A stretch of DNA of 64,000 nucleotides, from the NCBI GenBank assembly GCA_029953675.1, contig JAMWBK010000003.1, forward strand, positions 620,001-684,000, given 5' to 3'. Positions 51,236 through 61,546 of this stretch are shown one piece after another (within the stretch, counting starts at the first letter, position 1; each line of letters begins with the position of its first letter). A model generated the notes under the pieces. That model made no database searches and was not told the origin of the DNA. It worked only from the letters and a program-made list of their open reading frames with translations. The position numbers and the translations under genes are program-made. This stretch comes from Rhodosorus marinus CCMP1338 (taxonomy: Eukaryota > Plantae > Rhodophyta).

Positions 51236-51273
51236 TTACTGGAAGTCCACCGCATCCGGTGGACTTCCAGTAA
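51236..51273. repeat. Perfect 17-bp inverted repeat (hairpin), 4-nt loop
   Basis: TTACTGGAAGTCCACCG-catc-CGGTGGACTTCCAGTAA. Confidence 0.93.
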
Positions 51274-52556
51274 AACAATTGCTCAGGTTCCACGACTATA
51301 TCGCGTAAATGCACTTGCGGAGGTGTACCGCTAGCTCATCTCGGGTCCAGTTGCCAGAAGACGATCGGCAATGGAAAAGTTGTGAATGGCCTTCTGGGCG
51401 TGCGCGAAACGGCACACGGAGCAGTCAGGGATCGTCATGGGCAGTCCTAATAGTAAACGCAGACTACAACTATCTCTGGGAGTGGTGAGAGCTTGAAGAC
51501 TCTCAGCTTTTCCCATCGAACGCTCTAATGCATGCTTTTAAAGTCGTCTTCTGCGGTTGGTGGAACCCAGCAGCTCTGGATTGCACCCATCCTCATCCCC
51601 TTCAAAAGGCTCACTCAATCCAAATGAGGAGACCGTAAGTGGTTTTGCTGCGTACTTGGGGCTACTAGGTATGGCTCGTTCGATTCTTGGAGGAGGACGC
51701 TGCCTCTGAGCCCCCCCTCCCTCCCCTGCCCCCCCACCCAGGACAATGTGAGTCATACGAGGTTGAGCGAAGAGGAAGCCAGGACGTCATGCCTGCAGCG
51801 TGAGGTCCCTTTCCTGGTTGTCGCAAGGGCTACTGTGAGCGCTTGCAAAGGACGCTTGCACGTCAGACAGTCTGTCTTCTTAGCCGTTGGAACCAGAACT
51901 CAAGGGACACGTGAAAACAACAGGTTCAGACCGCTGTTTGTTAAGGGTTCTTGGAATCGGTTGTCAAGATCGGGCGGTTGTTCACACCGCCTGCTCTGAA
52001 TTTCCTCGGCAGCTACACCGAGTACTCAAAACTAGGGAGTGCGACCAGCACGCTCCCCGCACATGCCTGAACATGTCCACACTCTCCCCGCCGCAGTTCT
52101 TACGCTCTGGAAGAAAGTGCGTGCATTCTGTCATGACTGATCTGCTTTTGCTTTTATTTTTTGCGCTATAGAGTGGGAGACGGGGGGGGAGTGGGCGGGG
52201 GTTGGAGACGCCACCACCGGATAACTTGTCTTGCAGTTTCTACTCTTCCTGGGACTAAGTTGCTTCGCAAGTCGGTCATCGCCCCCAAAATATGTGTATC
52301 TAGATACGCATTCACGCTTTCAGGATCGATGGAGAAACAGCTTGACAGACTAGGCTTCGCAAAACAGGGGAGGATATCTGCCTCCATACCCCCTATTACC
52401 ATCCTGATTACATTGCCAGTTCTTATATAACTAAAAAAAGAACAAGTGCCCGTCTCCGCTCGCTCATGAGATTTGAGAGAAGAGAATCGAATGATCCGCT
52501 AAACAAGAGAGGGTCTTCCCTTTGTTCTCGAATTTCTCTTTCACGTCTGGTTTACC

Positions 52557-52734
52557 GCTTTTTCGTATTTTTTAGGAAGAAGTCATTTGCATGTGTATCT
52601 TTGAGCATGTTTCGGGGTTGCCAGTCTGCGAAAGCCAAGTTAAGCTGTCTGCTTTCCTGCTTTTTCGTTTTTTTTGGGAAGAAGTGCATTTGTATGTATC
52701 TTTGACCATATTTCGGGGTTGGCAGTCTGCGAAG
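52557..52734 (+). repeat. Two-copy direct repeat, period ~102 bp
   Basis: GCTTTTTCGT...GGAAGAAGT(G)CATTTG..TGTATCTTTGA.CAT.TTTCGGGGTTG.CAGTCTGCGAA at 52557 and 52659. Confidence 0.85.
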
Positions 52735-55700
52735 CAAATCGGAGGGGTGAGCAGCATCGCTTTCTCAGCACCTGAGCTCCCTTTTGGACGGTCTGGGGGT
52801 TTTAGGCAAAATTTTCAAGCTTTGGCGGATGCTGCGGAAACAAAACGGTTTGTTTGCCTTCTCAGCCAATAACCGAAACCTTTGTCAGTCCCCCCGGAGT
52901 AAGCCATGGTTGTTTCATTGGAAAGTAGAGGTACCAGAAGAACCGATGTTTTTGCTTTTTCGGAGCGCATCACATGTCACAGTCCCTGTTGGATGGTTGG
53001 CTTGACCGGTGGGTTTGCTCTCTACCCAACAAGACTAGCTTTTTCATACAGGGAAAAGTTTGGCCAAGCGCTTGAGTCGAGACATGTTACTCACAGTTCG
53101 GCACTGCTACTCTGGTTGGTCAGCTTGTTGAGATTGTTGATGCTCCAGAGGCACATGGTTCTGCAAAAAAAGGGGGAGAAAAAATGCTGCCTCTAATTTG
53201 TCAACAAAGTCTTTCCCGCCGAGCTTTGCCCCCCCTTCTCGTCAAGAAACGTACACGCTTATGCGTTGCCCTGCCCCTGTGTGACAAAAATTGTTCCCCC
53301 TCCTAGGAGATGACGGGAAAGTAAATATGGTACCCATTCGTTTGCTTCATCTGTACGAAGTCGAATGGATACTTAAAAAAGAAACTATTTTCCATATATC
53401 AAAAGCTCCGACTTCAATGAAACGTTTGGGCCAGGGAAAAGTCAATAGAGTAAGATCGTCTGCGAAACAAGGACAAAACAATTTCAAAACTCTTAATTGA
53501 CCAGTGCTCGTGGCCTCAACCCTGCCCGCCGAGCAGACCGGAGCGCCCTCCCCCTCCACGACCCCCCCAAACAAACCCAGCCCGTGCTTACCCTCGCCCG
53601 TTTTTGCTCGGGACATCTAAACGGACGCGAGATATGATCAAATGAGCCAACCACACAACGAAAGATTGTACTCAGCGGGACGTACCGCCACGTTTGAGCT
53701 ACCAAAAAGAAGATGTATCTTAGAAAAAATTCAGCCTTCCAAAGTCCCTTGCAGACGTTGAAAAATTGAAAAATATTCTACTCTCCAGCAAACACCGAAT
53801 TAATCATTCCTACCGCCACCAACGACCCTCGGTCGGCCCCTCCTCCCCTCTCTGCCCCCTTTCTCCATATCTTCACTTGTGTCAAAGTACAAAGGAAGTA
53901 AAAACACATGTCTCAGTCTCTCATTGAGCTCGTGCTCCTCCGAACATTTCCGCTAAGACTGAGTGAGGATGCTGGTGCCTGTGAAGCGCACAAAGAAACA
54001 TGCTAAGGGGGTTCAGCCCAACAAATTTTGTGAGCGAGGCTCGGTGAGAAAAAAAAAACAGAGCAAGGTTTAATTGGGAAGGGATTCATATTGAGCCCGT
54101 TGGCTTGTTAGGACAGTTTTATGTTTCGGACTCTGGTAAAGTTCAACTGGGACCGGGGCGGGAGTTTTGTGTTTCTGACAGTGCAGTTGGTGTACTCGCC
54201 ACCAGTGATTGAACAACTTCAGGATTAATACTTGACTATTTATCAAGGGGGTACGATTAAATTTTTGCGGGATCTTTCAAAGGGCAGTTATCAACACGTG
54301 GTAGAAGGCATAGAATCAAAATGAGGCAAAAGTACTGGGAGAGTCACTTGCAGAGCGAGCCATCTCGGCCCAGAGTTTGTTTGTTTTGTACAGGAGGCAG
54401 AACGAAGACCCCGACTTGTTTAGACTATTGTGACACTAAAACGGCTGCAATTCAAGGTTTGTTCAAGTAGTCCGAGATTTGATGTCTCCTTACCCCGTGT
54501 AGCCTTTATTCGGATGCGACCCAGTAGGACTTGGTAGAGGGTTGGACACCTCAGTAGCAACGGTGTAGGTCTGCCAGCTGGGAGTTCTTCGCGCACAGTG
54601 AATAAATCAATTCTTGATAGCCCTCCCACTGGCGTAGCATCCGGATAAACCGCGTCTACGAAAACTCCGAAAGCAGAGTTTCTCCGCTTTGAGCATGTTT
54701 GTGTTTGTAGCCAGCCAAGAGGCTCATCGCATTCGCCAATGAGTAGTAGTGATTGTTTGCTGTGCGAGTGAATCGGCAAATCGCATGCAGATCAAACCCA
54801 ATCAATTTAATCTGCTCTTGTCTTTTCGTGTACGAATTTTACAGCTGCGAAGGTCTGGTCATTTTCGTGCCCATGGATATAACTCTACAGGAAGAGTATG
54901 CTTCCCAACTTGCCCAAGGCATCCAAAACCCCCCCTCCCCCCACAAGTTCTTCTGACGAAGCTACTTACTTAATGGCCACCTTTCGTTCGGAGTTTTCCA
55001 GTTCCCTTTCCCCAATTTCTCTGTCCACTGAGCAACTGTCGAGCATGTATAGATAATCCATACACCCCCACAAAAAAAAATTCAATCTATATTGTCTACT
55101 CTCACTCAAGACCCGCCTCCGTCCTGTGAGCGCACCACAAAAGTCCTCAGTAAGTAAAAAAGGAATATTTAGTATGTAACTCAAAAAAGCAACCAAATGC
55201 TATCATTCTACACGTTGGTAGCTCACTACCTCGCCGAACATGACCACTTGGACAAAGTTCAAAATAAGCTATTCAAAGCAGTAAATCCCATCCCCATATT
55301 TTATATACATAAATCTGAGCATTCTTCCTTAAATTGTGTATATTGGGATATCCACATCGGATGGGATGCATGCAGAAAACTCTCGAACTGCGAAAAAAAG
55401 GGGGCTTTGATCCACTCAAAAAATTTCAAAGATTCGATTGCGGAGGGGAGCCATCTGATGATGCATGTATATTGCCTGAATGGAGGTAATGTTTTTGATC
55501 GTTTCTGGAATCCTGGAATAGGATGCCAAATGTGTCGCTCACATTCACTGCTTTTCTGTCCAAACTCGCAAGGGGGGTCAGACGTGAAATTTTTGGTTTT
55601 TGAGTGTTCGTCTGCCAATTTTGTGCTGATGATTAGAAAACTATACATGTAAATTTCATTGGATTATTCCCGGTTGAATACTAAAGTTCAGTGAGCTTCT

Positions 55701-58700
55701 CCGGACGAAATCATTACGGCAAAAAGTATATATATATAATTGAAGTAATTTTACCCCTTTTTGAACTGCGTTCATCATTGCAAATTGGAGAAACTGTAGT
55801 GCTTCTCATAGCCGGTAGACTGCTTTTTTCGTTTTTTATTGGGACAAGTAGTTTCAGTAGAGATGGTGCAATACTTTGAGAAAAAAAGTTGCCCACCAAC
55901 CCACCACAAAGTCAAAAAGATGAAAAAACAATGATGAGGAATTCGTGGTGTATTGAAATTCTAAGTTCTGGGCATGCAACAGTTGTACATCCATTTAGAT
56001 TATTTTTGGAGGAAAAACGAATATAAATAAGGATAACGTTCTGGATAGCGTTCTTCGTATATTTTGAGCGACGTCCACAACGGACTGGCCCGTGGCGGTT
56101 TTCCTCGAACTAACACATCCGGGTTTGGATTAGATGCGACAACTGGGCATGGGCTTCTTTTCATCTTCAAATAAAGATTTCGCCGTCTACTGCTCTAAAC
56201 TCCTAGTCTAGAAAATCGAGCTGATTTTGACCATACAAAAAAATCATTTTAGGACTGGTGTTTGCTTAGCAGTGAATAAATTTTAACGGTTGAAACCTAG
56301 ATGGAGTTGTTTTCCCTTTGTGGATAAAACGAAATCGCTACGCGACCGCACTCAATGCCCTCGCGGGGTTGTTCGGGGTTTTTGCCCGGGGGACGATCTA
56401 AAATGGGTTTGGCCCCGGGGTAATGTTGAAGATCTCCAGTAGACATTGAAGGAAGGTGTAATCCCCCAGTACTGAATGCGAGAGTAGCGCCCCTCCCACA
56501 TCAAGGCAGCATCCACGCGCCACAACAGAGACCTCGGACGAGGAAACTGCGGGGAGAAAGTAGACGTCGAGCTACACTCAGAATGCATCCGTCTGCTAAC
56601 CAACGCCTTGTTGAGTAGCTTGTTTGCCTCTCTTCCTACTGGTCTTTCGTGTTGCTAGTTTGTCAAGCTCAGTACTGTGTCTGCTGCGATAACGGGTGCA
56701 AGCAAGTGTACCCGTCGCGTTCAGCCCTGTAGCCACTTCTGTTAGTCAGGAAGTTTCAGCAAGCAGAGTCAAGTAAAAGTACGTACAAACAAACTTAGGA
56801 ATTCAAGAGATCCTTGGTCTCTCCGTTGTGAAGGCAAATGGCCCGGGTCCGAGTTCAGAACTTGCTGAGAGGAGAGCATCCTTCAACAACCCATTAGATC
56901 GTACGGTGACACAGGATGTAGCAGTCTGAGGCGAGCAGTGTGCGTGAATGCAGAACCAAGCGATAGGAGAACCTACGAAGGCAGATTGCTCGTCTCTTGC
57001 TCCGGAATCACGAGACTCAAGCTTTGTCAACTCCAGGCTTGCTCCGCTTTCAACCAAGCCAATCCAGTTATCGCGACCTCCCGGACTCCTTTGATGCAGA
57101 CACGACAGGGGCTGTCGTTTCCACAATCCTCAAAATCCAGCACATTGGGTTTTTGCCACCCCTGGCCAACGCAACAGTGGTAACCACGATTCTTTCTCTC
57201 CTTGCAAGATTCACGGTCTGGTCATTATTAAAGAAGAAACATAAAGGTCCAATGATCACCACGCGGCAGCATTCGCGCCTTGCGATATAACTTTTGCGTC
57301 TTTGTACCAAATTGCTTCGTGTTCCTGTTAGGACTAGATGTAGCTAATTTTTCATTTTATTCAGCAAACAGTCCTGGGAAAAAGCTACGTTAGTACAGAT
57401 AGTACCACTAAACCTAGGTTGCCACGTACCCCCCTCCCAAAGTACGGGAAAAAAAGGGTTGTAGAGATAAGAAATTTACTCGCCCCGAATTATTCAATTA
57501 TGTCCAAACTTACAATTTCCAGTAAAGCGTGAGGAGCCCGCAGCTAAATTAGCACGGGGCTCCCCGCATTAGTACCCTGGATATCCTTTCCCTTTTTCGT
57601 CTAATTTCCACCCGCACGGTTTTTTTGTTTTGTTGTTTGAGTGTTTTGTTTTTCTCATGTTTTCCACCTACCGTTGGCTTTCCATCGGGGGTTATCGTGA
57701 AAAAATTGCTCTTGAACTAAGGAAACGTGTGTGGTGATCTTACTGCCCGCAGAGTTTCGAAGCGACAAAAAAAAGAGCACCATGCATTTTTTTAGACCAA
57801 CCAATGGGGTGGGTATATTAAAACTTCCTAATTCAAAATCTGACGAGCTCAGAGAATTTAAAAATTTCAGGTACCGAGTCTATGTATTCCATTGCATTTG
57901 CAAGTAATGAAAAGGTTAACAAGCCATTTGTGTTTTTTTTTTGGTTTTAGTTTTTACGTATCTGGGAGGCGCGTCCATCACCACCATACACCTGGGGTTA
58001 ATAATCCAATCCAATGCATACTATATATTACCCAGCGCATTACAGAAAATTAACCAAACAATTCAGATGAAAATATACGTCGAACGAAAATAAGGCGATG
58101 TCTCTCAGCCTCATCAGCGGAGCCTTGATGTTCTCAACTGGATGTGAATCACTACAGAACAAACTCTTTGAAACGGGGGGGCGTGTTCGGTTTGTAACGT
58201 GCCTGCCTTCTGGGTTTGGATTCGCATCAAAGTTAAGGAGTGTATTTGAATTATCTTAAAATTTGAGCTTGTGCAGGTTGGGCTCGGTGAGAGAAACAGA
58301 AACCTGCGCTCATCGGCGGACTCTACCCACATGAGCAAAAAATTGAAATATGTATATAGTGTATTTTGAAATCTTTTTAATACTGCTTAGTTCGTGCACA
58401 CTTTTGGCGCATATCAATCTTACCCATCCCGCACCCCCCCCCCTCCCGCTGAGGCTGGGGGCCTTCCAATGCCTAAGTCTGTCCTAAGGGCCGGAGAGAA
58501 AGACGGCGTTCCTCCCTCTAATTTTCCCACTGATTGGAAAAAGTATTATGATGTATTCGAGTTGGTGTTTTTTTTCGCTGTTGAATGGAGTAGTTCAGTG
58601 AGATATCGAAACAAAGGATTCAGTATTATTATTATTTACAACATTCAAGCTTCCAGGAAAAGCTATAAGGGCGAGCACATTGCCCTTTGCCCCGCGCACG

Positions 58701-58895
58701 TTCGCACCCCCTGGCCTCCCTCGAGCTAGACCCACTGGCTATGCGTGGAACTGAGAAAATTCACATAATTCGGGTTTGGCGAACATTGCCGCTAGTGAAA
58801 AACTATCATCACGTATTTTCACTCTAGGAATCATTGGTTCCATCTGCACCAACGAGTACGGAGACCCGCGAGTGAGTACCAAGGAATTTGTACCC

Positions 58896-58998
58896 ACCCC
58901 GTTGGTGGGAACAGGTTGTTATCAACTATAGTAACCCCTTTGGTGGGAACAGGTTGTTATCAACTATCGTAACCCCTTTGGGAACAGGTTGTTATCAA
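58896..58998 (+). repeat. 38-bp tandem repeat, ~2.7 copies
   Basis: ACCCC(G/T)TTGGTGGGAACAGGTTGTTATCAACTAT(A/C)GTA at 58896 and 58934, plus a partial copy with a 3-nt deletion at 58972. Confidence 0.92.
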
Positions 58999-60491
58999 AT
59001 TTCCGATAGAATCCAAACATCGGCTTGAGCTCATAAAAGGTTGTAAATTATGAAAACGTCTCACTTCCTTCACATCGGCATTCTAGCCGCACCCCTAGAG
59101 TTCCATCTGACTTCGGATCCTCCCGAAACACCCCGGCAATACACCCCTTCCTGAGTCTACACTCCTGTGTCTGCATCCCTTCAAAAAGCCAAAACAAAAA
59201 GCGTTGTTCAGCGGGCATCCTCCATTAATTTGAAAAGTTGTTTGTCAGCGGAATGTAAAGGTTCAGTTTTTATAGAAAATTTGACGAGCTTGATATCAGG
59301 GTGGTGACAGCATATCTTGCGGACCTAGCCCCTCTTTTTTGTACCTCTTTTTGGTTGTTCTTGAGACGCGTCATAGTCTCCAACGGAACCACCCCCCCCC
59401 CCCTCCCTGGGGTGAGGTAAAAAAGACGCGGTCATCCACATCGTCTTCGAAATCTTGGTTGAAAATTAGAGAAAATCCAAGCTTTCTTTCACACGTTCTC
59501 TGCTTAATCCCAGTGCCCATTGGAACCAGAAGTGGATTCTGGAACCTCAAGGTTCGAGGACGAAATTAAAATAAATAAAACCGATTTTTCCTCTATATTG
59601 GAGAAAAAAAGTCGCAGCTGGAGGGTTGGACAGATAACCAAGGGGCGTTCTTACAGCGTTCCGTACATGAATTGACGTAAATAAAATGTATGTAGTCGAT
59701 TAATCAATGAAAATACCCATATCCATAATCGACGTTTACCTACGCTGGCAAATCGTTCATCTATGTAAAATAAATAATTTTTCTAGTATGCTGCGGATGG
59801 CGTCCCATTATGAAGGGTTGCGGACTCTTAATAATAATAAAATTCTATATCGAACGACCTGTCCCCCGAAAGTTGAAGAATTTCGATGACGGAGAAGTTA
59901 AATTTCTCTACCCACCTCCTCCTCCCACCCCCTCCCCCCACCCCCCCCGGAAAAGCTATTTTAATCATATTTAATATGAATGGTTGAATTGTTATTATTA
60001 TTTTTCAAATTTGTTTTTATTGTCCAGGATTATTGTCTTTGCAAACGAACAGTTTGGTAACCAGTTCTTCTTCTGACAGTTTCCCAACGTTTCTCTCTCC
60101 CCCGCCATCCTGCCTCTTTTTTCTTTTTTTTCTTGTCCTTGAACTGTCGGCCTTCTCGTTGTTTATTTTTTTTCATCTCATCGGTTTGTATGTGTTTTTT
60201 CTTTCTGGCTTCTTTATTTTTTATTCAAATGTGTATTATTTTTATTAAGCTGTTGCTCGCCAGAAAAAAAAACCTCAATTCTCCTAGTCTTGCAATATAC
60301 TATTTTAGATGCGGAATTGTAGGGATTTTTGGCCTGTTGGGAAGGGGAGAGATCTGACGGGCATCTGTGTATATATTTGTAGTGCGTACCGCAAAATTTT
60401 TCGGAGGAGGATGTGGGTTAGAAGGTGTATGTGGAGGACTGAATACATTGGATGTTGTCTTTGTCTTTGAGGACAGCGTGGATTGGCTGAA

Positions 60492-60938
60492 ATGTTAGGA
60501 ACGGGTACCGGAATGGAGAGGAGGAGACCGCTTCTGCTTGACATCAACTTCTTGTGTGGCAAGTATGACGAGGAGCAGTATTTCCTCCCATCGCCGGGGA
60601 CGCCACCTACGGATGGCTCCCAGGATAAGGAGGCAAGGACAACGTGCAACATGTGTATGAAGCGGTTGAGCTCGCTAGGAAATTTGCGGGTGCACATGAG
60701 AGTGGTCCATGGAGCCTCCAAAGATTACGAGTGCGAAATGTGTTTCAAGAAGTTCGGCACGAAGAACAATATGCAACGCCATATTGACATGGTCCACAGA
60801 AAACAACGACCATACGAGTGCCTCCAATGCCGGAGAAGGTTTTTAACGAAGAGCTGTGTTAAGAGACATCAGAACTCATTCCAGAAATGCAAGACTCTTC
60901 AAACCAATCATTCTTCGTTCATGCTTATATCACCATGA
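60492..60938 (+). CDS. C2H2 zinc-finger protein, paralog of 47877-48332
   Basis: CNMC...HMRVVH, CEMC...HIDMVH, CLQC...CVKRH. ATG at 60492 (alternative 60513). Confidence 0.88.
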   Translation: MLGTGTGMERRRPLLLDINFLCGKYDEEQYFLPSPGTPPTDGSQDKEARTTCNMCMKRLSSLGNLRVHMRVVHGASKDYECEMCFKKFGTKNNMQRHIDMVHRKQRPYECLQCRRRFLTKSCVKRHQNSFQKCKTLQTNHSSFMLISP

Positions 60939-61546
60939 ACCGGCCCCGCGAGCCATGCCGAGGCCCCTGCCGACGGGAGTGTTTGTTTAGGAAAGAGCCA
61001 TGGCATCCGAATAAGGAGGATGTGTTGTAGTCATATTGTTGATATGTAAATATATGTATTTGAACCAAAACCTAGAATCGTCTTCGTGCTCGAAAGAACA
61101 TCATTCGTTGTCACCTAGAAAGCCGAGCTGCTCGGGAGTTCATGTAGAACTAGTTATCCAACGAAACCCAGTTCGGCAATACGGCACACTTTATGCAAAA
61201 CAATTCTGCAAGGGCGCAAAGCTCGTCTCCGAAGCTATCCTGACATCCACCCGACGATCTGGTACGGCTATTTTACAAACAGGAGTAGTCTAATCAGCCC
61301 AGAGAACGTAGTTACAGGCCCGAGTCCCGTGGATTCAGTATCTGATTCAGATCCCCAACAAATCAGCGGGATAGTCGTCTTTCTCTGGGCCCTCTAGTGC
61401 AAGCCTTTGAGTGGCTTCCTCTAGTTGACTATCGGTTCTGGGCTGCGAGAGTGCCCTCGTCACAGAACGTGAGAACGGGTCCGAACTACTTTGGCCCGCA
61501 ATGTACGTTGACATTTTTCCAAACAGATTTGAAACCTACGAGATGA

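Noticed and set aside
54420-55652. 119-151-aa ORFs in the gene desert
   Set aside because: Mutually overlapping antisense frames, no motifs, and lengths compatible with chance.
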